From assembly GCA_963676395.1 (NCBI GenBank), contig OY781066.1, positions 960,001 to 1,024,000 of the forward strand: DNA of 64,000 nucleotides, given 5' to 3'. Below are positions 40,097 through 48,937 of the stretch, one piece after another. Every line of letters starts with the position of its first letter. Positions within the stretch are counted from its first letter, which is position 1. The position numbers and the translations under genes are program-made. This DNA is from a bacterium (GTDB lineage Bacteria > Fidelibacterota > Fidelibacteria > Fidelibacterales > Fidelibacteraceae). The notes under the pieces were generated by a model. It worked only from the letters and a program-made list of their open reading frames with translations. It was not told the origin of the DNA and did not search any database.

Positions 40097-40867
40097 ATGA
40101 ACGATTTAGCAATTATTCAAAAACAGCTTCAAACCCATTCCGGTATTACAATTCAATCTTTAAATGAATTGGAACTGTATAAAAATAAGTTTTTTCTTTA
40201 TAGGGGTAATATTGTTCTTGTATACATAAGAGATCAATACTCTAATTCCAAGAATAAAAAACACAGAGAGTATAAATATCATATTACCAACTGTAAAACC
40301 CTTTTGGAGATGGCCAATAATGATCGATTTGATAGGTATGTTATTTCAACCCGAATTGATGGATATTTTTTGATAAATTTGCGGGATGTCGAAACACATA
40401 AATTAATTAAAAAAGGAGTTGTAGAACATTTAAACGTATGTAAAAATTGTTTGTTAAAACTTGGCTACCGTGGTTATAAAAATCATAAAGAGGATAAGAA
40501 TATTTATCATAACTTTAACTTCAATGACTTTCTAAAAGAGAATTATACTTTCTTTAAACAACAGCCTAAATATAATAATTTTAATGCACCTCAAGACGAA
40601 TACACGAAAGATTTTGAACAAATATCATATTCATTTAGGGCAATAAATGATTGGCGATGCAGTAACTGTGGAATTGGGCTTGAGAATAATAAAGAATTTT
40701 TAGACACACACCACATCAATGGTATAAAATCTGACAACAATTTAACTAATTTGGAATGTTTGTGCGTATGCTGTCATGCTAATAAATATCTCCATGATCA
40801 TATGAAAAAATCAAAGAAATATGCAACCTTCATTAACAAATTGATGAAGGGAGGTAAGACAAAATAG
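40097..40867 (+). CDS. HNH endonuclease, ZorE-like
   Basis: C..C...HHINGIKSDN...NL..LC..CH HNH; N-terminal blocks VYIRD, YHI..CKTL.EM...RF.RY, RIDG.F, L.VCKNCL..L.Y.G resemble Zorya II ZorE as recalled. Confidence 0.75.
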   Translation: MNDLAIIQKQLQTHSGITIQSLNELELYKNKFFLYRGNIVLVYIRDQYSNSKNKKHREYKYHITNCKTLLEMANNDRFDRYVISTRIDGYFLINLRDVETHKLIKKGVVEHLNVCKNCLLKLGYRGYKNHKEDKNIYHNFNFNDFLKENYTFFKQQPKYNNFNAPQDEYTKDFEQISYSFRAINDWRCSNCGIGLENNKEFLDTHHINGIKSDNNLTNLECLCVCCHANKYLHDHMKKSKKYATFINKLMKGGKTK

Positions 40868-40891
40868 AATTTTCTCAAATAATCATCGAAC

Positions 40892-40965
40892 TCCCTGAAC
40901 ACCAACTAATTAAATTATTATTTGCAGAATTCGACTATTATCTACATATTATTGTCATGAATTAA
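40892..40965 (+). promoter_or_regulatory. Module A copy 2
   Basis: CCCTGA..CCAAC..ATTAAATT..TTTGCAG-17 bp-CATATTATTGTCATGAATTAA. Confidence 0.7.
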
Positions 40966-41108
40966 TAAATAATCAAGCAAATGAAACATTTTATGTTTAT
41001 AGTGTTTTATAATAAAGCTATCGAAATAATAACGTTGGAGTTGGTATGAAAAAAATGAACATGTCGATAATTAGTATAAGTACTGAATTAATTTAAAGGA
41101 AAATTATT

Positions 41109-41474
41109 ATGAATTGTACAATGGACTATGAAATATTTATTAGAACAGCGTTTGGGTATACCACAAATAAAGGTGAAATAATCAATCGCTGGGATGATCC
41201 CGCTGGATTAGCGACCACTGATATTTTTACTCTAGATAATATCTTCAGTGTTAAAGCTGCAACAAGTTATTGTATGGAAATATTTTCTCATGCAATAATT
41301 AATAAACATGGTGAAAATATTAATGATGCCGAACATTCACGGCTTAAGGATTTTACAAAAAAAATTCTAAATGCCAAAGATCTTGATACAATATGCAAAT
41401 TAATTAATGAGTATAATGAAACTGTTATTAAGAAATATTTCGATTTTAATAATGGCATTATTAATTTGAGATAA
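41109..41474 (+). CDS. Hypothetical protein
   Basis: 121-aa AT-rich ORF with AAGGA RBS. Confidence 0.6.
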   Translation: MNCTMDYEIFIRTAFGYTTNKGEIINRWDDPAGLATTDIFTLDNIFSVKAATSYCMEIFSHAIINKHGENINDAEHSRLKDFTKKILNAKDLDTICKLINEYNETVIKKYFDFNNGIINLR

Positions 41475-41994
41475 CTGTTATAGCAATTGTATTAAATAAT
41501 TCATTTTCCCAGCAAATTACAAAATACTTGTACCTAAAAGAAAATGCTATATTTTATTTGAATACAAATAAAATATGTTACAAATATGCGATTATATTCT
41601 CATTTTTTCTTATTTCGTCACCTTGGGCCTCATTCATTACTTATACCTCTCCTTGTATTCTAGTACCGTGAATGGCGCCAGTTAAAAAGCGCTGGCTCTG
41701 AGCGCTGAGAAAAATCCCTTCAATATATCCCCCATTTTCAATTCTTGCTTCTCCCCCCATCATTACCAACAATTGAAAATTGACAGAGGACAATTGACAA
41801 TTAATTGGTCAATCTTAAATGGATAATTATCTGTGTAATCTGCGAAATCTGTGGATATAATTTGTTTTATTTTCTTCTCCCATTCTTCCATTTATCGTTC
41901 ATCGTTTATAGTTTCTTCCGTTGACTTTACCCCATCAATTCCTCAAATTGCACTTGCTTAAATTATTAATACCTGCAAGCGGAAAAGGATAAAG

Positions 41995-43011
41995 ATGGAT
42001 AAAAGAATCGACCTTATTTTAAAGAAAATTAAACTTACTGAAAAACAAAAACTGTGGTTACAAGTTTGCTATGACTTTTTTAGTATTGGTAAGAAAACAA
42101 CAGATGTAAACATTAGAGTTGCTTTGTATAATAAAATCGATAAAAAATTCAATCCAAAATTAATAGACCAGAAATTGCTTGATAACGGTAACAGAATTAC
42201 TCTCCTTGGAGTTTTGTATCTAGATAAAACAAATACAATTTTAAACGATGCAAATAAGCTGATTAATCTTATTAGAAAAATGATTTTAAAAAATTCGGAT
42301 TGTGAAGAATTGTTAACAGATGAATTAGCAAATATAACGGGGTTTTCTCAAATATATATAAACAGGATATTTGATCTTATTCGTGAATTTGGGTATTGGA
42401 ATGGTGCAAGTGGAAGCAATCATATTTATACTAAATATTCTATAAACAAGGAAAAGATTGCCGATTTATATTTATCTGATGACAAAATTGAAGATGTAAT
42501 TATTCAACACTACAAGTCGCTTGAAGAGAGAAGCTTATCTGATGATTATTTTGATTATTACGATCAAATTTATATTGTACATACACCTTGGAAAGAAATA
42601 AATAAATTACAGAATAAATTATTTGAATTGTTAAAAATCAGTAATGATTCGATTGATTTTCAAAATATTGGGAATACTGCACGAACAATTATGTTAAATA
42701 TTTCTGAAGAAGTATTTGATGCTCAAAAACATAAACCACAGAAAGCAGGTATAGATTTAAGTAAAGACAAATTCAAAAACAGATTACATACTTATATTGA
42801 TTCAGTACTAAGCGGAACTTCAAACAGAGAATTTAGACAGCTGGCTGAAGTTTCTATTGAGTATGTAGAAAAATCAATTGATCTTATGAATAAAACAACC
42901 CATAAAACTGATGCGGAGAAACACTTAGCTGAAGTTTGTGTAATTGGCACAATTAGTGCTGTAAATATTATTAAATTAATTGCTGAAATCGAAAATAAAG
43001 AAGAAGTATAG
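41995..43011 (+). CDS. Hypothetical protein; possible HTH region plus C-terminal Abi-C/HEPN-like helical domain
   Basis: ELANITG...YINR HTH-like; C-terminal FQNIG..AR...N..TH...A pattern. Confidence 0.5.
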   Translation: MDKRIDLILKKIKLTEKQKLWLQVCYDFFSIGKKTTDVNIRVALYNKIDKKFNPKLIDQKLLDNGNRITLLGVLYLDKTNTILNDANKLINLIRKMILKNSDCEELLTDELANITGFSQIYINRIFDLIREFGYWNGASGSNHIYTKYSINKEKIADLYLSDDKIEDVIIQHYKSLEERSLSDDYFDYYDQIYIVHTPWKEINKLQNKLFELLKISNDSIDFQNIGNTARTIMLNISEEVFDAQKHKPQKAGIDLSKDKFKNRLHTYIDSVLSGTSNREFRQLAEVSIEYVEKSIDLMNKTTHKTDAEKHLAEVCVIGTISAVNIIKLIAEIENKEEV

Positions 43012-44077
43012 TGAAATTCCACCCAAATAAAAGAATAACTAAAATTCTTATTTCATCAACCAGTAGATTCGTAGGAGAATTTATTGATAATGATTTATTG
43101 ATAACACATGCTCGGGCAAGTAGTTACAATCAAATTGAAGGAACCTCTGGATTTCATGAAAATCCATTAAGCCGTAATTATTATGTTATTGTAATGGAAA
43201 CTCCTGAAACAAAAAAAGGAACAGTAGTTATACCAAATTATACGTATATGGGTGATGCCGTTACTATTCTTATGAGTATTCTTTTCGGTAAAAGATTTGA
43301 TAATCATGGACGGATAGAAAGCACAGGTAATTTTTATTTACCGGATATATCAAGTAAAACAACTCCATGTATTTCTTCTTTAGCCTATAATAACCATAAA
43401 CCAAGAAAAAATTTAAACATAGCATTAAAATTAAATGAATTTGAAAGAATTTTTCCCTTGTTAACAGATAATTTTAAAGATGAAATATTTTTAAAAATAT
43501 TGTTTTCTGCTGGCCGTTTTTACGTACACGCACTTCAAGAAGCTGAGCAACAGCCTGCGGTGAAATCCTTTCGAATTATTATCAATATTCTGATGATGAA
43601 ATTATTGACGATGATATGAAAAAAGATTTAGAAATTATTGAAACTCAAATTGATAATGGAGACATTATTGCAAAAAGAATAAGAAACCGTTTATTTCAAG
43701 TCAGAAAAAGACACAATCTCACAATACAAAAATTACTAACATCTGATTTTTTTGCTAATTCTGAATCAACTTCCGAGTTTTTTTCTTTAACAATTGAGGG
43801 ATTCACTAAAAGAATAAATGCAGCATATGATTTGCGAAGTCTCTATGTTCATACTGGAACAGAATTTGGCCCATGGTTAACTATCGGCATGCGTGATAAT
43901 TACGAGATTAATTTGGGACAGCCTGTAATCAAAGACAAAACACTAAAAAAACTCATACAGGATTGCCCAACTTTATTTGGACTCGAAAGAATAATGAGAT
44001 ATTGCTTATTGCGTTTTATTCATTTACATGGTTGTAAAATTGATGATTCACTTGAAGGAGATGGATTAATAAAATAA
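43011..44077 (+). pseudogene. HEPN-domain (ApeA-like) gene split by a frameshift
   Basis: Frame switch near 43554-43557; the second frame is open upstream of its ATG (CGEILSNYYQYSDDEIIDDDMKK); RSLYVH (RxxxxH) at 43835-43852. Confidence 0.7.
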
Positions 44078-44150
44078 TTTTTAACTATTGTAATTTAATG
44101 TAATTTATTGATAACTTTATTTGAAGAACTGATAACTTAGAAAGAATGAA

Positions 44151-44435
44151 ATGACAAGTAAAGCATATATAATAAGTTATGACCTAAATTCACCTGGGCA
44201 GGATTATTCTAAATTATATGAAAAAATTAAAAGTCTGGGCAAGTGGTGGCATCATTTAGATTCCACATGGATTGTTAAATCTGATAAAAAAGCATCTGAG
44301 ATTAGAGATTATCTTGCTGATTATTTAGATAAAAATGATGAACTGATTGTTATAAAATTAGGAGATTCATGGGCAGGCATCGGGTTTGAAAAGAGAGCTT
44401 ACGATTGGCTTCATGATAACGCATATGAGAAATAA
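44151..44435 (+). CDS. Small Cas2/VapD-like ferredoxin-fold protein
   Basis: YIISYDL....QDY..LY..IK.LG.W.H.LDSTWIV; D..D.LIV. Confidence 0.65.
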   Translation: MTSKAYIISYDLNSPGQDYSKLYEKIKSLGKWWHHLDSTWIVKSDKKASEIRDYLADYLDKNDELIVIKLGDSWAGIGFEKRAYDWLHDNAYEK

Positions 44436-44438
44436 ATA

Positions 44439-44963
44439 ATGATATTAAACTTTGAAACCATAGCTTTAATCGTATCCATAACATCAATAATTTTGGCTAT
44501 TGTATCATTACTGTTTTCCGTAATATTTTATTGGTGGTCAAACAAATCAAATAGACAAACTTTTGAGTTATCAAAAGAAATTGAACAAAACACAAATAGG
44601 ATTCATGAATTATTTAATAGATTTTATTCTGATACCTTTGGTTTAATGAAAAGCAATTATTTGGCGATGCAATCTAGTATTTTCAGCCAGCAAGTAAGTT
44701 CGGGTGATTCTTCTTTTTCCCCAGAGGAACAGATTGAAAATATTATTATTTCTCTGTTGTTAAAGTCAAAAGTGTTAACACGTGAAAATATTTGCACTTA
44801 TTTTGAAAACACATATCCATCAAAGCAAATTTCACGACAATCAATTTTGGACGCAATAAATTCCCTTAAAGATAAAAACAAAATTTTCATTAATGATAAT
44901 TTGATTTCAATTTCTACTGAAAAAAAATCTTCTTCTAATGAAGATGAGAGCAATAGTTCATAA
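44439..44963 (+). CDS. Membrane-anchored hypothetical protein with possible C-terminal winged helix
   Basis: One N-terminal TM helix, coiled coil, C-terminal AINSLKDKNKI.I...I.I pattern. Confidence 0.6.
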   Translation: MILNFETIALIVSITSIILAIVSLLFSVIFYWWSNKSNRQTFELSKEIEQNTNRIHELFNRFYSDTFGLMKSNYLAMQSSIFSQQVSSGDSSFSPEEQIENIIISLLLKSKVLTRENICTYFENTYPSKQISRQSILDAINSLKDKNKIFINDNLISISTEKKSSSNEDESNSS

Positions 44964-44971
44964 TACCTTCC

Positions 44972-45461
44972 AAACTCTGTTCCCTTGCTTTTAGTAAACA
45001 TTCCACCTATATTCTTTTACCTGAATCTGTGTGGCGCAGTGAAATGGTTCCTATGAAACGTTTTCCGTTTTTCAAGATCATATTACTAAGCCTGGTCATT
45101 TCCCCGGTATTTTTAAGCGGGTATTCGCGGACGGCACGTTATGATGCGGTGATATCGCGGGAGGGAGAGCGCCGGTGTTTCAGGATGACGATTCTTTTTG
45201 TTATTTAGATTATCCCAGACCTCCATTCTCAACCCTTGATCCTCCCCCGCATCATTACCTATATTCATTTAGCCGAGAGGCTGTGTGGCACACTTCAAAG
45301 AACACTGGGCGCTGAGCGGTGCCTGCCCTGCGTAGCCTTGTGCGAAGCAGGGGGCTCTGTGAAAGGGTGCGTATGAAAACGACTCCATTTTATAGATCTA
45401 TTTGCTAAGCCTTGTCATTACCCTGCTTTTTTTGTGCGGGTGTTCGCGGGCGAAAAATTGA
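44972..45461 (+). pseudogene. Two tandem degenerate copies of promoter module B plus 5' stub of a lipoprotein gene
   Basis: MKRFPFFKIILLSLVISPVFLSGYSR (from 45053) versus frameshifted ...LLSLVITLLFLCGCSR (ATG 45373); each preceded by TTGxTx-17/18 bp-TATATT and CTGTGTGGC. Confidence 0.55.
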
Positions 45462-45823
45462 AAATTGACCAGCCTCCTTCGCCAGCTGGCGGATTGTTAA
45501 TTATAAAGAAAATGCTGCTTATACTCTTCTTTGACCCCTCGAAATCAATAAAAGTCATTAATTCCGAATCATGATACTTGGAAAGGTCGCGCCTCAGCGG
45601 CGACGCGTGAAGAAAATCCGATGAGGTAGGCTTTGATCGTTATCGGGGTGCTTTGAGTTCTGTCACATACTAAATAATATTCATCTATCCTGAATCCATA
45701 ATACTGAGCACGTATAATAAATTGAATGAATATAAAAATTAACAATTAATCAATTTAAACTTTTGTCGTGCTTCTATTTTTCATTATCTTAATTACTACA
45801 AACAACTAGATATTGGATAATGT

Positions 45824-46771
45824 ATGAATTTTAAATCAACTACCTATGTATTACTTATTGCGATCGCGCTGACATTAAGTGCTTGTAATAGTGAAAATCC
45901 TTTTGACTTGGACAATGTTATCGCTGCGCTTCCGGCTGATACGTTGTTAAGTATTTCAACTTATGACGGCAGTGGCCAAGCAGTACATCCTGATATTATA
46001 TTATCAAATAACATTTTTTATCTGGCAATTACGCCCTATCCTTTCAGCAATGATTCATATGAAAATCCCTGTTTATATTCCAGTATTGATGGCCTTGAAT
46101 TTAATCCTTGTGTATCAAATCCTTTAGTCAAGACTCCGAAAAACGGCCATAATTCTGACCCTGATATATTTATTGACAACAGTGGAATTCTGAATATTTG
46201 TTATCGTGAAAGCATATCAAATGATGCAGACAATATAATCTTGCTAAAAAACAAGGGGAATTTACGCTTCAGAAGTTCGACCATTCTTCATTATCCAATA
46301 ATTGACCCCAAAAACAGAGTATTATCTCCTTCTATAACCTATTATCAGGATCAATATTATTTGTTTTACATGAGAAAATATGAAATAAAATACCTAACCA
46401 GTTCTAACTTGGATTCTTTGGATAAAACCAATGAGCATGATATTAATATTCATATGCCGGAAAACTACCGTTGTTGGCATGTGGATGTATTCAAAGCACA
46501 GGATACAGATGAATATTATATGCTTTTACACGGTTATTTGGGAGCTTATAATTATTCCCTTACCTTTGCTACCAGCACAGACCTTACTAACTGGACCGTT
46601 CAGGGCGAAATTATTAATAATGATAATTTGACGGATGAAGAAGCTTGGTATGTGTATCGCTCAACGGGGATTGTAAATAATAATATCCTCGTGATTTGGT
46701 ATTCGTATCGAACATACAACAACTATTGGAAATTGGGTTTGAAAAAGATCGATATCAATACTTTATCATAA
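45824..46771 (+). CDS. Lipoprotein, probable beta-propeller glycoside hydrolase-like fold
   Basis: LSAC lipobox; HPDI, ENP....S.DG..F, SDPD, SPS, WHVDV, ATSTDL.NW. Confidence 0.65.
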   Translation: MNFKSTTYVLLIAIALTLSACNSENPFDLDNVIAALPADTLLSISTYDGSGQAVHPDIILSNNIFYLAITPYPFSNDSYENPCLYSSIDGLEFNPCVSNPLVKTPKNGHNSDPDIFIDNSGILNICYRESISNDADNIILLKNKGNLRFRSSTILHYPIIDPKNRVLSPSITYYQDQYYLFYMRKYEIKYLTSSNLDSLDKTNEHDINIHMPENYRCWHVDVFKAQDTDEYYMLLHGYLGAYNYSLTFATSTDLTNWTVQGEIINNDNLTDEEAWYVYRSTGIVNNNILVIWYSYRTYNNYWKLGLKKIDINTLS

Positions 46772-46962
46772 CTTTAATGTGATTATTCAATTTCTAAAAC
46801 AAAATTTTGCATAGTTACAAGACATTATTTATTTAATCGTGATAATTTCACATTGAAATATGACGCAATATCGGGTTAATTTAATTACTCATAATAAATA
46901 TAAACCCCATCTACCCGGCAACTATTAATTGTTAAGCGATAAAACCATGATGGGGAATAAGT

Positions 46963-47394
46963 ATGAAATCTCAATATATCGCACCCTGCGGGATGAATTG
47001 TGCCTTGTGCATCGGCTTCATTCGTGAGAGAAACAAGTGCCATGGTTGCAACGAACACGATCAGTCAAAGCCCGAATACTGCCGTTCCTGCAAAGTCGTT
47101 GTCTGTGAAAAACGCAAGGCTTTGCCGCTCGGGCCGGGGGAAGTTGTTGCTCTGTGCTACGACTGCCCTGACTTACCGTGCGCGCGCATCAAGCAGCTGG
47201 ATAAACGCTACCGCGCCCGCTATTGGATGTCCATGATGGAGAATTTGGCGTATATTAAGGAGCATGGAATGGTTGCGTTTCTCGCGCGGGAAGAAAAACG
47301 ATGGAAATGTACTTCTTGTGGAGAAACATTGAGCGTTCATCGCACAGAGTGTCTGCAGTGTGGTCACCCGCGCGAAATTATGAATGATGGATGA
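46963..47394 (+). CDS. DUF3795-type Cys-rich protein
   Basis: IAPCG.NC..C, C..C, CY.C...PC, C-terminal C..CG...HR..C..CG. Confidence 0.8.
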   Translation: MKSQYIAPCGMNCALCIGFIRERNKCHGCNEHDQSKPEYCRSCKVVVCEKRKALPLGPGEVVALCYDCPDLPCARIKQLDKRYRARYWMSMMENLAYIKEHGMVAFLAREEKRWKCTSCGETLSVHRTECLQCGHPREIMNDG

Positions 47395-47880
47395 TGGATT
47401 ATGAATAAAGTGACTGGACAGGTCACCGATCACTATATTCTGGATTCCGGCTTCTGATAAGACGGTTCCCTTCCACCCAAGAATATTCTCCTGGATCTGC
47501 CACGCCTCTTCCCTGTCCGCCGACTTGTGCGTCGAATCGGTCGACTGGCGGAGAAAACGGAAGCTTTAGCGAAGGCTGGAATTACAAGCATTTATATGAC
47601 GTAACATGTGACGTGCGACGCACTCGTTACGAGTTACGAGTCACGAAAAAAGTCATAAAATACAAAGAATTATCGTAGGAAAAGCTATCAGCTATTCAAG
47701 ACGCATTTGCTGATTGCTGAAAGCTATTTGCTGAAGGCTATCCCGAGCTTTAGCGAAGTTGAGCGAAGGCGGGTTCGCCTCCCCGCCTCCCAAATTGTGA
47801 TCCCCGTCACACTTTTAACAAATAAGTCTTATTCATCCTCTTAATTGGCTGTTTGCTGTAAGCTGTGGGCTGATAGCTAT
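47385..47880. repeat. Dense spacer of heptamer arrays and REP-like palindromes
   Basis: ATGATGG x2, GTTACGA x2, AGCTTTAGCGAAG x2, TCCGCC...GGCGGA, and a 27-bp exact copy of 37494-37520 at 47687-47713. Confidence 0.75.
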
Positions 47881-47883
47881 ATT

Positions 47884-47957
47884 CTCCTGATTTCCAACAA
47901 ATTAAATTTCCATTTGTAAAGTTCAAATTTTATGCACATATTATTGTCTTGAATTAA
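47884..47957 (+). promoter_or_regulatory. Module A copy 3, upstream of the ABC-3C operon
   Basis: CCTGATTTCCAACAAATTAAATT..TTTGTAA-17 bp-CATATTATTGTCTTGAATTAA. Confidence 0.7.
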
Positions 47958-48034
47958 CTTTACATAAATTTATCTTAATTTGATATTATTCGTTAAATCT
48001 AAAAAAAGTTTAATTAACTTTTCGGAGGGTTATT

Positions 48035-48385
48035 ATGGATCCAATCACATTATCAAGTGCAGCTATTTCAATTATTACTCCTTTTATTGTAAAAACTGGG
48101 GAGGCAATAGTTCAAAAAACAGGAGAAAAACTTTGGAAATGGTTAAATATCAAGTTTAAAAAAGATGAAATAAAAACCAAAACAGGAAATATGAATACAG
48201 GTGATTTTGATATAATTAAAGGTGTAATACTTGATAAAATAAATAACGATAAAGAATTTAAAATAGCACTTGAGAAAGAAATAGAAAAAGCTAAAACATC
48301 AATATCAAAAATGACTGTTATTAATAAAGAAACTGTTGAAAAACAAATCAATATTAACAAGAATTTTGGTGATATTACTATGTGA
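48035..48385 (+). CDS. Small helical protein, Bell-domain-like candidate effector with C-terminal amyloid-like motif
   Basis: GGAGGG RBS; MDPITL + hydrophobic helix, GEKLWKWL..KF, D.EF...L; ends VEKQININKNFGDITM. Confidence 0.65.
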   Translation: MDPITLSSAAISIITPFIVKTGEAIVQKTGEKLWKWLNIKFKKDEIKTKTGNMNTGDFDIIKGVILDKINNDKEFKIALEKEIEKAKTSISKMTVINKETVEKQININKNFGDITM

Positions 48386-48408
48386 TACTATTGAAAATAC
48401 TTATTAAG

Positions 48409-48936
48409 ATGAAGCAATTAAACATTAACAAAAATTTTGGGGAAATCTATCTAGAAAAAACAACCAGATTTTCTAGCCGATTCAAGCGATTAAACGAAGA
48501 AATTGAAAAGGATCAAAAAATTGATGAAGTTATCGATAAACTTCAAACTTATAATAAATCAGCTGATTTAAGAAGTATGCCAGAAAAACTAGAAGATGGT
48601 GGTTTTTCGAAAGAAGAAATTTATCAAGCAAAATTAAGAAAACAACAATATTGGATGAGTTTTGAAAAACATAAATTCTACAAAACAGCTCAAATAATTG
48701 ATTCAGAAATATTTGCATTGTTGAAATTTAATTTTGACACTTATATTTATCCTTTAATTTTGCAAAACGAACCAAAAAATAAAATCTTACTTGAATTAAA
48801 TTCAAAAGTTATATTGCCAATATTAACATTATTGAATAAAGAAGGCGAGGAAGATACTTATCTAAACTATAGTGTTGATGATTTACTTGGCATGTTATAT
48901 TTTATTACTGGCAAGTGTCATATTAATTGGAAATAA
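48409..48936 (+). CDS. ABC-three-component/Lamassu-type CTD protein with N-terminal motif matching the upstream gene
   Basis: EKL..GG, AQ.I...IFA, I.P.I, GMLYFITGKCHINW as in ABC-3C CTD proteins (CTD6-like as recalled); begins MKQLNINKNFGEI; alternative GTG start 48382. Confidence 0.75.
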   Translation: MKQLNINKNFGEIYLEKTTRFSSRFKRLNEEIEKDQKIDEVIDKLQTYNKSADLRSMPEKLEDGGFSKEEIYQAKLRKQQYWMSFEKHKFYKTAQIIDSEIFALLKFNFDTYIYPLILQNEPKNKILLELNSKVILPILTLLNKEGEEDTYLNYSVDDLLGMLYFITGKCHINWK

Positions 48937-48937
48937 A

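Noticed and set aside
48380..48385. ORFs 48035 and 48382 as one gene broken by a frameshift, or TGA read-through
   Set aside because: Read-through stays in the wrong frame. Gene 1 ends right after the motif, gene 2 has usable starts, and the motif copies differ synonymously. Not fully excluded without homologues.
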